Shown here: piece by piece, positions 37,050 to 50,275 of the stretch
Numbering within the stretch: position 1 is the stretch's first letter
How the letters are laid out: every line of letters begins with the position of its first letter
NCBI GenBank assembly: GCA_038087875.1
Contig: CM075992.1
Span: forward strand, 4,590,001-4,654,000
Reading direction: 5' to 3'
DNA length: 64,000 bases
DNA from: Malacoraja senta
Taxonomy: Eukaryota
The notes under the pieces: generated by a model
Told to the model about the DNA's origin: nothing
Databases searched by the model: none
Seen by the model: the letters and a program-made list of their open reading frames with translations, nothing else
Translations under genes and position numbers: made by a program

Positions 37050-37282
37050 CTGTGTGAAGAAAAGAAAACAATAAAAAGCAAAATTCTATGAATTCTAGAG
37101 TATCTAAACAGAGAAACAAAATATTGGGAGAAAACAAAGACATTTGGAAATGCCTTTCTCAGCACAGCTTATGAAAATATGTATTTTTTGCTAAAGCCGC
37201 ATTAAAGATACATTCATGTTGAATTGCACTATTGTGAAATTTCAAATTAGCATTTATGGTGCTAACTGATCTTTGCAATAAA

Positions 37283-37864
37283 GATAGACAAAAAAGCTGG
37301 AGAAACTCAGCGGGTGAGGCAGCATCTATGGAGCGAAGGAATAGGCGACGTTTCGGGTCGAGACCCTTCTTCAGACTGATGTCGGGGGGGGTGGGAAAAG
37401 GAAAGAAAGGGGCGGAGACAATAGGCTGTGGCAGAGCTGGGATGGGTAGAGGAAGGAGGGAGAAAGCAAGGACTACCTGAAATTGGAAAAGTCAATGTTC
37501 ATACCGCTGGGGTGTAAACTACCCAAGCAAAATATAAGGTGCTGTTCCTCCAATTTGCGGTGGGACTCACTCTGGCCATGGAAGAGGCCCAGGACTGAAA
37601 GGTCGGATTTGGAATGGGAGGGGGAGTTGAAGTGCTGAGCCACCGGGAGATCAGGTTGTTTATTGCGAAGCCTCCTATGGCCAGAGTGTGAGGCCCACTA
37701 CAAATTGGAGGAACAGCACCTCATATTTCGCTTGGCTAGTTTACACCCCAGCAGTATGAACATCAACATCCAATTTCAGGTAGTCCTTGCTTTCTCCCTC
37801 CTTTCCCTCCCCTTCCCAGCTCCACCACAGCCTACTGTCTCCGCCTCTTCCTTTCTTTTTCCCG
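37283..37864. mobile_element. Penelope-derived foldback element, copy A (right end deleted)
   Basis: Inverted repeat aggtgctgttcctccaattt / aaattggaggaacagcacct; hammerhead-like core at 37347-37374 (minus). Confidence 0.7.
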
Positions 37865-40800
37865 GATCATGGCTGTCTCCTAATTACATCAAAACAATAG
37901 CAAGGTTTCAAAGGACTAAAGGTAATGCTAACCTTGCTGATAATTTTGTTTTACAACTGATTTAGCGTTGTAAAGTTATGATGTGAACTATTAAATAAAA
38001 ATGATAAATAAAAATGTAGAGCTAGGGTTAGGGTCAGTCAGTCAGTCAGTCGGGCTGTCGGTAGGCCGGTGGGTGTTGCGAGGGGTCGGTCGGACGGACT
38101 GTCGGCCTGCCAGTGGGTGCTGCGAGGGGTCGGTCGGGCTGTCGGTCGGTCGGTGTGTGCTGCGAGGGGTCGGTCGGGTTGTCAGTAGGCCGGTGGGTGC
38201 TGCGAGGAGTCGGTCGGGCTTTCGGACGGCTGGTGGGTCCTGCGAGAGGTTGGTCGGGCTGTCGGCCATCCAGTGTTGCAGCGAGCAAGCGGGCGGACTT
38301 ACGGAGCCGGTGGTATGGGAGTGCTGAAGGCGGCCGGGGTGGTGTGCAGGGCAGTGCTGCTTCCCACCATCATCACCATGATGATCCACAATGACATGCT
38401 GACCGAGGTGGACACGCTGAGCGGGCACACGTACGGAGCCTGCAGCCGGTCCCAAAGCAGCTCCGGCCTCAGCCGTGGGCTGCTCTGGAAGGGGGGCGAG
38501 ATAGGGTTAGGGTTAGGCATTTTCCTCTCAGTGGAAGATGCCTTAGCCTTCCCCCAGCCAGGCACTGCCGCAGTCCAACTCTGGCCGTGACCCCCACTCT
38601 GCACACTGGCAGTCAGTGGGGTTCAGTAAACGGGGGAACCCACAGGAGCTGCCCTCGCCCATTAAGGGTTCAGGAGCCTGTGAAACTCGGGACCTCTGCG
38701 GCAGTCTCACTCAACATACACACTCATAATTATATTCATTATATTATTTTTATAATATAATTATATATAATGTATATAGTATAATAATATATGGTATTAA
38801 TATACCGCAGTACGGAATTAGGCTCCCCATAAAGTAATGTGAGCATTGAGCACTAGATGGTGCTAATTTTTTCGATCTAATTTTCTAATTAGATTAATTA
38901 GTGTGAAACATTTGGCACTGATGAGTTATGAATTCCTTCTCAATTATATTTTATCTAAATCTGTGCCAAATTTCAAGTAGATACCAGACATGGGTCACAA
39001 AAGCTAATCTAGACACATTTTCGATGCTCGGCCCAGGGCCTAAGATGCTGCATCACCCGTTGAGTTTTTCCAGCTTTTTTGTCTACCTTCGATTTTTCTA
39101 ACATCTGCAGTTCTTTCTTAAACTTTGCAATAAATATGACATTTTTAACCTGGATGTCATTCTAACATCAGTTTTGTTGTCTACTGGTGTTTTTGCAACA
39201 ATTGCAGAACGGATTCATTCACAATATGGAACCGCTCAACCTTTATTCAAGGTATCAATTAATAATGTACAGACACAACATTGTCTCAGCCCTTTAACTT
39301 CAGATTGCTCCTATGCACACACTCCGCTGCTTCCGTTCCAAGAGGAAATTGAACAGTAAATTTGTTAAACTATTTACATATATAAAACTATACAGTTAAT
39401 TAGTTCTATATATTTACACTAATACCTTGTCTGCTAACATTACCTCTGCAGCACAGATGCATTTCTCACCTTTGATGAATACACTTTCTGTGCTAGTGAT
39501 CTTAATGAATCACCTCTATCTGCAGAACATGGTATAGGTCTCAAATGGATGCTACATTTCTATCCTATCTTTCAATTCCTACAATTATCCTTTACCGCGA
39601 CATCTTTATCATTATGAATTTCATGTTTGTGTCACTTTTTTGCTATCAAAGTCATTAAAGCCAACAATTGTCCACACCCCACATGATCTTGAACCCCTCA
39701 GCCTCATAAATCCAAGGAAAAAAGTCCTTACATCTAATCTCTCCCTACAACTCAAGTCTGCATGATTTCTGGTGAATCTGGATCAGGAATGACCATCGTG
39801 GAGAATTCCAACATGACATCTTCCATATCTAGTGACCAGGATTGCACATATTACTCTTGAGTGTGGTCTCACCATCTCACATCTCTCTGGCCCTACTGCC
39901 AGCAACAACTTCTTTACATTTGGCTGTAGTTGTCTGTTCTGTACCTTCCATCATAATCTCAATAACATCAATCACTCTCAACCTCCACATTCCATATACA
40001 GTAGCTCACGTTCAAAATATCAGCTATCTTTACTGCATTATCATTTGAACACTGTCCCATATACTTCACTCTTAATACTGATTTCCTGCTTCTGAAACTG
40101 CAACATATCAGCTGATCATCCATGCAATGTTTGTATACACCGATTTTACTGTCCATTCTGTCAAGTAAACAAAGTACAGGTCCCAAAGAAGCATCTTATA
40201 TTGAAGGTAAAACTGAACAGCTCAGCAGTGGCTGGTACCACAATGTACTGATAGTCATACTGCACAGCACCCACATTTTCAAATTTGCACTTCTATTCTT
40301 ATATTCACCAATTAGAACTAAAGACCATTTACAGTGACTAAAGACCATTAATAGTGACCATAACTTTGTAATTGTCATGGTCCTGCAGACCCATTTTCAA
40401 TGTGGTAAATAGTCCATTAATCTTCAGGGTCGCTTTAATTGCCTGTGACACTCCAGCCTATGCAGCACTCCTCCAAGGTTACTTTCTACAGATGCTGCCT
40501 GACCTGCTTGAGTTCCTGCAACATGTGCTTTGTTCTAGTTTAAAAATTTGCATTACAAAAGCAATTGCGTCATTGGGAAAAAGCGAGTTTGAGGCTAGAG
40601 AGTTTCAGACTCACATTAACAAAGTTATTTTTTCCCTCTGTATGTTCCGTGTCTAGGGGAATTTTACTGTCTTTTACCAGTCTGCAATATGGGGTTGTAC
40701 CTGATCCCAAACCTCAGCAACTTCCCAGTTCAATTCCATCATTTCTTTAATGTTTAAACATCTTTTGGTCTCAGCCTTGAATATACTCCACAACTGAGCA

Positions 40801-40999
40801 TCCACATCACCACAATCTCCACTGTTAATCAGCAATAAAGATGATTGTTATCATAATGCACAATGTAACCTCTACTATGAACCATGCAAAAGCCATTAGG
40901 TGGTGATATTTCAATTTACAAACTTTTTACATTCTATTTCCTTAAAAAATGACAAGAATTCACATGAAACAATTTACATGTAACAGTGATGTTCTGTAC

Positions 41000-41203
41000 C
41001 TGTCTGAATGTTGTTCAGTGCAGTTTCTCTGGCATCCACTCCCACCAATGGCCATTCATTTTTATCGTCCAGATATTTTACAACAATCACCACCGGAGTC
41101 ATTCTTGCCATATTCTGTTCACCACATCCCCCTGGAATTCTGATTAGATGTTTCAGTTTCAATCCATCGATAGTTTTTTCAATAGATTGAGTTAAAAGAT
41201 CAC
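41000..41203 (-). CDS. C3: C3 exon 24-equivalent (thioester exon), copy A (204 nt): GDLLTQSIEKTIDGLKLKHLIRIPGGCGEQNMARMTPVVIVVKYLDDKNEWPLVGVDARETALNNIQTG
   Basis: GCGEQ thioester motif; aaacag|GT acceptor and ACA G|gtacag donor. Confidence 0.95.
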
Positions 41204-44201
41204 CTGTTTCATTGAAAAAAATAATTTGAAGATGCAGTCAAATATCCAAGCATATAACCATAACTGGCCAGGTTTCATTGCTGGAGTGCCAACAATGCTC
41301 AAAAGCAATTTCATTTATTTATTCATAGGAATTTAAATTATTTAATTCTCTTGGAAACAAATCTTTAATTAATCAACTTGAAAGTGACTGAAATTTTATG
41401 CAGTGGGTTATTATGATGGGGTAGTCATTGCCCAAGAGGATTCAGAAGGGAACTGGTTAAAGAGCTGAGGAGAAAAATACAAAGTTCATGGATAAAAAGA
41501 AGGGAGAGTGAGATTAACTGGAGAGCTCTGCCAAGGAGGCCACACCGACACAATGACCCAATAACCTTCATCTCTGCTCCACCATTTGTAATTTCAATAG
41601 GCATTTTGGAAAAGAGAAGATACAAAGATCTATTAAATATTTAGAAAACTATTCCCTTCAATGGGATAATAAACTCATGTTTTTTTAAAATAGTTAGCTA
41701 ACATTTATTAACATTAGGGCAGCACAGTGGCACAGTTGGTTGAACTGCTACCTCACAGCACCAGATGCCCGGGTTCGATCCTCGAAACATGAAACATATC
41801 ACTGATTGTCAGAGTCATAGAGTTTGCTGAATGGAATCAAGGCCTTCAGTCCAACTTATCCATGCTGAACAAGTTGCCTACCTGAATTAGTCCCATTTGT
41901 CTGTATTTTGCCCATATCCCTGTAAACATTCTACATACCCATTAAACAAGTTGTGAAAAGGTTGCTCCTTGGGTCCCATCTAAATCTTTCCCCTCCCACC
42001 TTAAACCTATCCCATATGTTTTCGACTCCTCCAACCCATGTAAAAGAGTGTGACTATTTCCCTCATGATTTCATACATCAGTATAAAGTCACCACTCAAT
42101 TTCCTTCATTAGGGATAAAAAGCCCCATCCTATCATTCTTTTTTTAATAACTCAATCTCTTCAGTCCAGTTAACATCCTTGTGAATCTTTTCTACGACCT
42201 TTCTAGTTTAATAACATCCTTCCTATAGCAGAGCGAACAGAACTGCACATAATATTCCAAGTGAAGTGTCACCAATATAGTGTACAGTTGTAACATAACA
42301 TCCCAACCCTTGTACTCTGACCAATGCAAGCAATGTGCCAAATGCCTTCTTTATCACCCTGCCGTCTGTCACTACTTTCAGAGAACAATGTACTTGTACC
42401 CTTAATGGCATTGGATCAATAATGAATACACTGGCACACATAGATTCAAGATTCAAGAGAGTTTATTGTCATGTGTCCCAGATAGGACAATGAAATTCTT
42501 GCTTTGCTTAAACACAACAGAATATAGTAAGCATAAATAAGTACAGAACAGAACAGAACAGATCAGCGTGACCATATATATGTACACACATAAATAAACA
42601 GATAAAGTGCAATGGGCTATTAATGATCAGAGTTTTGTTTGAGTTGAGTTTGATAGCCTGATGGCTGTGGGGAAGTAACTATTCCTGAACCTGGATGTTG
42701 CAGATTTCAGGCTCCTGTACCTTCTACCTGAAGGCAGCGGGGAGATGAGTGAGTGGCCAGGATGGTGTGGATCCTTAATGATGCGGGCAGCCTTTTTGAG
42801 GCAGCGACTGCGATAGATCCCCTCGATGGTGGGGAGGTCAGAGCCGATGATGGACTGGACAGTGTTTACAACTTTTTGCAGACTTTTCCGCTCCTGGGCG
42901 CTCAAGTACAGTGAACAAAAGAGCTTCATTTCTAGAGACAAACAATAGGGTCTAGAATCATCCCCACAGCTTTCTCAAAAGATCAAGGAGCAGAATTAGG
43001 CCATATGGCCCATCATGTCTACTCCACTATGACTGATCTATCTTTCCCTCTCAACCCAATCTCCTGCCGTCAGCCCATAACCCCTTACAACCTTACTAAT
43101 TAAGAATGTCAATCTCTGCCTTAAAAATATCCATTGACTCGGCCTCCACTGAACAGTTAACAATTTCCTCAAAAGCTGAGGGAACGGTGGGGAAGGGAGT
43201 TGCTGTGCCATTGCACGCTGGTACACTGGGCCTCACCTGGCAGGCTCCTTAGATAATGGTCCATTACCACTCGATCCTCAATTTCCTCCAAGGTATGCTG
43301 GTGCAGTTGGAGCCTCTTAAGTTGGTCCAGTTCAGCTCAAGAAGGTTTGTTAGGGTGGTTCACCCAGTCATGGAATTATTGTGCCTCAGTCACAGGAGAC
43401 CAAGGCAGTGCAGTACATCCATCTTGACAGTATCATAGTCTGCAGCCAGTGCACAGAGTAGCAACAACAAAAAAGCAGCTTGCTGGGCCTCACCACTCAG
43501 GTATGGAGGCAAGATGTGCACCCAACTCTGACACTCCCATCCTTATATCCCAGCAGTCAGTTCAAACGTGTAATAAAAATGCTACCACATCATCCTGCTT
43601 GGTTAGTTTAATGAGAAGCCCAGGGGCTATAGGTACACTTCCATTTGCATCCATGGACTGTGTGAAGACGTACTGCACATGTATTGATCTTTTGTTTTTT
43701 GAGGTACATATCTATTATGTATACCCAGGAAAATTTATCCACCATTGTGGCTTTTTCACTCCATGTGAATTCATTTTCATTGGTCTACAAGTCAACTACG
43801 TGACAATTTTTTGGCGAGAACAATTGGAATGAAAGTTGAAAAGGTATCCTGACTAGTAAACTAGTGCTTAAAAATCTAATTTAAAAATTGAAAAATAAAT
43901 GGAAGTCACTGAGAGAAGCAAAACTAAAACAATAAGCTGTTCCAGATCCATATTACAACCAGAATGAAGAGAAAAATGGCAATGCATGCATAAATTTAAG
44001 ATTGATCGTTTATGATTTAACTTCTGAAGGGCAACGATCTACACTTCCTCTCCTATTTTCAATTTCTGATCGAGTGCTGTTCTTATATTTAAGGTGGAAA
44101 GTACAAGTTATACAACTGTGAATGCTCCAACATCAACAAAACAGATAAAATCTAAAAATATGTTTTTCTCTTCAGTTTCTGGAGGAATGAGTCTAACCTA
44201 C

Positions 44202-44288
44202 CTTGAACGCTGATGGAAGTGAACGATTCTGTGTGTGGAATTTTATCTTCTGGGGATAGGACAGACACATTAAACACTTGCACGTTAC
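44202..44288 (-). CDS. C3: C3 exon 23-equivalent, copy A (87 nt): GNVQVFNVSVLSPEDKIPHTESFTSISVQG
   Basis: aacctag|GT acceptor and CAA G|gtaggt donor; aligns to human ...VPDTESETRILLQG. Confidence 0.88.
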
Positions 44289-45350
44289 CTAGGTTAAAGG
44301 AAGAATATATTTATTTATTCAGAAGGTTAACTCAATATACTGCTATACCCTCCTCAATTCAGACACAATCCAAATTTAAAATATATAGATGTTCGTTCAT
44401 TATCATTGGATCTAAATCTTGAAATTCCCACCTTAACAACACTTGGAAGTATCTTCATCATCAGTTCCAGGTGACTTACCAAAGGATCTCATGGGCAGTA
44501 TGGAATGGATAATAACTACCACCTCTGCTGTCCATGCCCATACTCTGCAAATTAATTAATTAAAAAACCTTTGAATCAAAATCCTTTACTCTGGCAAAGT
44601 ATGGTGAATTTTCAGACATCTCTACCCTGGGTTGTTGTGGAGGCAAGATCATTTGTAGTATTTAAAGAGGAAGTTGAAATATTTTTGGAAAGTTCAGGGA
44701 TTGCGGAAACTGGAACTAAAGAAGAGATGAAGACCTGGAGCAGACCAATCACGATTAATTGCGGGGTTGTGGCCTACTATGTTTTCCTACGTTCTTGTAT
44801 TATTTCTTATTTTCCTTTATAACTATTTGTTTATGTGTATTCTGTCACTTTTTAAAGGTCATAGTCATACAGCATGGAAACAGGCCCAGTGGCCCAACTT
44901 GTCCAAACCTACCAAGATGCCCCATCTAAGCTAGTCCAACCTGCCTGTATTTGGCCCATATTCTTCTCAAATGTTTCTATCCATGAGTCTTTTAAATGTT
45001 GTTATAGTACCCTGCCTTATCTACCTCCTCCGGCAGCTCACTCCATATAGTCACATCCTCTGTGGAAAAGTTGCCCATCAGGTTCCTATTAAATCTTTCC
45101 TTTCTCCCCTTAAATCACTTTTGTTGCTTTCCTGAGAGTTGACTCCAGTTGTATACAGACTGTGCCAAAAACATTTGTAGCAATTTCTGTTTCCATCTTT
45201 TTGATTAACTTCATCTCATTTACCTGCATATAATTTATGTCTCTCTGTGTCACATATTGTTTGCTAACACTCCAGTAAAGCATATTTATGGCACAATTTA
45301 AATAAAAGATGATGTTGCTGAAAACGATGTATTCTGAAGGCTAACCTTAC

Positions 45351-45405
45351 CTTTGGGATCCAAAACGTGAGTTTCCACTGGGAGTTCAGTTTTTACTCCC
45401 TCCGA
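45351..45405 (-). CDS. C3: C3 exon 22-equivalent (55 nt): SEGVKTELPVETHVLDPKG
   Basis: tttctgcag|TCG acceptor and AAA G|gtaagg donor; xEG...LDP motif; phase 0 to phase 1 fits. Confidence 0.85.
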
Positions 45406-46002
45406 CTGCAGAAAGATAGAATACACATAATGCTCAGATCTCGTTTATTCTAGGTTTAATATGTTAATCAAGTTAATAGAACTGCTTAAATTACAGATTA
45501 TTTGTAAAATAATCCTTCTGCACTCCAGGCCACCATCAGTTCAATATCTCTCCAATTTTATAAATGGGAAGTACGCAAAGATCACCCTCTCTTCTGATGA
45601 CAGACTTCCAACCCAAAACACATCACCGCTACTACCACGCACAAGGACAGCAGTTACAGGGGAGCCACCATTTCCTGCAGGTTCCACATCATCCCGACTT
45701 AGAAATGTATTACCACTCCTTCATCGTCATTGGTTGCAAATATATACTGGCACAATCAGTGAGTTAACCAGGAACTTTGGCAAACTGCAGGTTTATCCCT
45801 CTTCCCAATCCCTGTTCCCCAATATCCTGAAAATAAGTTCCCAGGAATACTATCAAATTATTAATGATCAAACTCGGAAATTCTGAATAATACAAGTTCT
45901 GCTTCAGCAGTTTAGAGCTATTTTCAGAATTTTGACTTAAACTAATCTGTTGCAAACACTAATATTCCTGGATCTTGAAAACACACATATTGTTAAACTT
46001 AC

Positions 46003-46215
46003 CAGCACTCGGAGGGGCTTTCTCACTGCATCATTCACAAATTCACCCTGAACTGATGCCTTGACTTCAATCATTATTTCCCCAACTGTCAATGGGACAA
46101 TAATATAAGGCACCACACCAGTTGACTTCCCAGGAATTTTGACTAGAGCAATATATCGTTCAGTTGGTTTTGCATTGCTGCACAAGTTCACATTGTAAGG
46201 AAACTGCACCCGAAC
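46003..46215 (-). CDS. C3: C3 exon 21-equivalent (213 nt): VRVQFPYNVNLCSNAKPTERYIALVKIPGKSTGVVPYIIVPLTVGEIMIEVKASVQGEFVNDAVRKPLRVL
   Basis: ttccag|GTT acceptor and CTG|gtaagt donor; lies within ORF 45937..46233; VPYxIVPL..G...EVKA motif. Confidence 0.93.
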
Positions 46216-47527
46216 CTGGAAGTTAAAGAGCAATTAAATTGCAATAGAAGAAAATGTAAAGAAGAAACTACTGACTCTGCTGACCATGCCCATGCTCTGA
46301 AAATTAATTAATAAAAAAATCTTTGAATCAAAAATCTCTGCTTCTAATAGAGGATGGTGCTATAATGAAGGACTGCTACATAGTCAAAGAAGCCCTCTTT
46401 TGGGAAGTGGTATGAAATGGAGGTATCACCTACCTTTGCCAAGGATCCCTTACCTTTACTTTGAAAACCAACACTGTTCTGGGACAATATTTTTGCTTCA
46501 ACCAACATCACTAAAGCAATTTATCTGACAACTACCATGACCATATTGAATTTTTGGGATCTTGCTCTTCACTAACAACCTCATTTGCTGCCCACATTTC
46601 AATGGAGGCTTCACTTCAAACAATAGGATTTCGGCTGTAAATTACATTGGGTTTTCTACGAGGTGGCAATGTGAAGAATCTACATGTATATATTGTGAAG
46701 AATATACATAGATATATTACATATATATGGCAGATATGCAGCAGTAATGAGTGTTTAATGACAGAAAATTGAAGTATCTATTTTTAACTGGTAATGATCT
46801 CAACGAGTAATTAAAGTGCTCTGATGGTAGTTTATTCGATTGAAATCTAGGATCAACAGGTGATGATAGGAGAAAAAGATTTGTAGAATGGGATGAATAA
46901 TGAAAGATAAGACTTTGAAAAACCTGATGGAGTGGATGCTCTGGATATGTGTTCACTGACTGGTAAAAGGAACAGTCTGGGATCAGGTTCACTATTTTAG
47001 CACTGTGGGGAAGGGAAGTTGCTTCCCTCAAAAACTTCCGAATGTTTGGATTTCGCTAACCTGGGAGAATCTATTCATGGGAGAATTTATTCCAGGCTAA
47101 AATGTCTGTACTTTTGGAGATCGGATAAAGCAGGTACAGCTCATGGAGCGGTTGCCTCACAGTGTCAGTGACCAATGTTCAAGCCTGAGCTCAGCTGCTG
47201 TCTGTTAGGTTTCCCATGGGTAGCCTGGTTTCAACAGTACTCAGGGCCTGCTGGTTGTTAGATTAATTGGCCACTATAAATGTGGCTTGGCATGTAGGAT
47301 TAATGTGGGATTAAATGGATATTTGACAGTCGGTGTGGCCTAATGAGCCTCAGCACTTGTTTCCCTGATTTTTCTCTCTATGCCTCTCGGATCATTTGTG
47401 GTAGAGGTAGACGATCAGCAAAGCAGGTTCAAACAGCTGTGTGGTGCGTTCTATTTTTAAATTAAAATGTAATGGAACTGACATAATTAACTTGTTGCCC
47501 TGAAATTTGCGTAATGGTTCAGACTAT

Positions 47528-47700
47528 TAGAAACATAGAAAATCGGTGCAGGAGTAGGCCATTCAACCCTTCGAGCCAGCACCGCCATTCAATATGATCA
47601 TGGCTGTTCATCCAAAATCAGTATCCTATTCCTGCTTTCTCCCCATATCCCTTGATTCAGTTAGCCCTAAGAGCTATATCTACCTTTCTTGAATACAATC
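47528..47700 (-). mobile_element. CR1 extreme 3' end
   Basis: tagaaacatagaaaatcggtgcaggagtaggccattc is the reverse complement of the CR1 tail at 7860-7940. Confidence 0.85.
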
Positions 47701-48954
47701 ATATTTGGCATACAGAGGAAACTTTGGAGTCAGTGCAAGTGACTGCACCTTAACTGGTACATGTGACAATAAACTGACCTTGAACCTTGAAGTGTTAGAG
47801 AATAAAATGTCCTCACATTTACCCGCCAAACTTTGTCCTGCCTCTCCTCTCTCCCAGCTTTCTTCTCCTCCCCCTCCACTCCCCGCCCTCCCCTCTGTCA
47901 GTCTGAAGAAGGTTCCTAACTCAAATCATAACTTGTCCATATTCTCCGGAGATGCTGCCTGACCTGCTGAGTTACTCAAGTACGTTGTGTCTTTTTTCCT
48001 TTCACATGCCTGTTTATTCTCAGCTGGTTCCAGGAAGATGGTTTTGGCTCCAAATACTTTTCAAATGCTTTTATATTAATATATCATCCGTAAAGTTACA
48101 GAACAACTAAAGGAAACTAGCAAGCAAGGATTCTGTCATACAAGCAATTACCCAGTAGCTGAGCAGACCACCATCTTAAATATTAATGGTTCCTTCATCG
48201 AATACAACACCTTGTACTCAATGTCTTTTGACCCTTCAGTGCTTGAAGGAGTGTACACCTGGAGACTTGACGACTGAACCCTGGATCCAGCATCTGAGGT
48301 CTTGGGACTCCAGTATCTAACTTCAATTACCATCCAAAATACAAAATGATTATTTTAAAGAGACCCTTCAATAAATAATTACAACATGTTCCAAAATCCT
48401 TTATAGACACAAAATTCGTTTTAAGATGTCACAGTTCCAATGTGATATATGTGGTAAACAATTGTCACACAGTAGGCTCCTAAGCAACAAATGACCAGGA
48501 AATCTTCAGTGTGGCTGAAACACAATAATGTTCCAGAAATTACAAGTAATTAAAATGATCAGCAGTTCGGTACATTCGCACCCATTTGTACTTCTAAAAA
48601 TGTCTTCCAAAAAATGTCACATTTGGAAGTAAGAGAGGCATTGATAGCGTAAACAATTAGAACTATTCTCCGAGGATGGAAATGTCACAGATGGCATAGC
48701 TTTAAGGTGTGAGGGGCAAAGTTTAAAGGGGATGAGCGGAGCAAATTTACACAGGTAGTAATGGGTGCTTGGAACACACTGCCAGGAATGATGGTGGAGG
48801 CAGGCATCATAGTGGCATTTAAGTGGCTTTTAGATACACACATAGATGTACAGTACAGGGAATGTTTAGTTTAGAGATACAGCATGGAAAAAGATTATTC
48901 GGTCTACTGCGTCCATGCCAAACATCAATCACCCGTTCACACTATTTTTTTTTA

Positions 48955-49238
48955 GCTTAGTGTTCGAGATACAGTGTGGAAACAGGCGCTTCGGTCCACC
49001 AAGTCCACGCCAACTAATCATCACCCATACACTAGTTCTACCCTACACACTAGGGACAATTTACAGAAACGAATTAACCTACTAATCTGCACATATTTGG
49101 AATACGGGAGGAACCCTGACCATCTTGAATAAACCCACATATTCACAGGGAGAACGTGCAAACTCCCTTCAGACAGCACCCATGGTCAGGGTCGAACCCG
49201 AGTCTCTGGAGTTACCAGTTGCGGCACTGTGCCACCAC
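48955..49238 (-). mobile_element. tRNA-derived SINE
   Basis: Minus-strand B box gggttcgaccctgacc and body shared with 51965-52508. Confidence 0.65.
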
Positions 49239-50135
49239 ATTGTCTTGTTGAAGGATTCATGTTAACTTGGAGCAAGCATTGACCACTCAGCCCGTCGAGT
49301 CCCATCTTTCTATAACCTTAACTACATTCTCATCTACACATGAATATGTTACCCATTTTCTCATCCACTCCCTTATTAGGGGCAAATTACAGAGGCCAAT
49401 TCAACTATAAAACTGCACATCATTTACATTCTTTATATTCTTGTCAGAAATTGCTGGGTTCACTTTTATTATAAATGCTTTCCCATTCTAAACTTCACTC
49501 TTTTTCAGAGAGAACCGGAGTCAGAGGAAACCCTGCTAGGCCACAGGTAGAGTTACTGCCTCAGTGCTAGAGACCCATATTTTATCTTGCATTCGAAGGA
49601 ATAAAATCCGAGCCTGCCTAATTTCTCCCCACTGCTCAGTTCCTCGAGTTCTAGCAACACCCACGCAAATCCTTTCTGCACTCTCCCCATTGACACTCTT
49701 CTCAGAGTTGGGGACCTAAATTGAACATGATACTCTTGGTAGTTCTTTTGCCTCCATTAGGTTCCAACCAATCTCTTACCATCTACTCATTATTTGTATT
49801 CCAGTAGGAGATTGCTCGGTTCACTTTCACAATAAAAGATGACGTTCTAAGCTTCTCTCTTTGCCACTTATTTTTCTTGCCATTTTCTCTCTCAATTTGA
49901 TTTGTTTAGGTCAATTTACACTTCAAGGATACATTTGCCATTCACTCACAATTTGATATTCTCCATCTCCTTTTCCTTTAAATGAAACCTTCTTTGTTTT
50001 CCTACCATTTCTCCACATGCACAGCCTTGGCCTGTAACATCTCCTTAAAGATCTCCCACTTTTCCTGAGACTAGTTATTCTTTGGTATCATTTATTCAGA
50101 TAGGATTCCCCCATTTCAGAAGTTGTCCATCTTAC

Positions 50136-50275
50136 CGTAATTTCTTTATCATGATAATTGTAGAGGACTGCTCTAATTTCCACTTGTTCATAGCGTACGG
50201 TTGCGTATGGAAGTCGAAGGTCAATGAAAAAGTCTTTTAGAACTGTGACTTCATAGGGTTGTGCAATGCATACAC
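50136..50275 (-). CDS. C3: C3 exon 20-equivalent (140 nt): [47 protein letters not shown]
   Basis: tttcatgcag|GT acceptor and ACG|gtaaga donor; highly conserved MG7 motif. Confidence 0.95.

Larger units (their letters stand above)
36783..44841. repeat. Duplicated segment, copy A, homologous to 2277-28708
   Basis: Same matches as copy B; it shows the empty sites for the insertions found in copy B. Confidence 0.95.
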
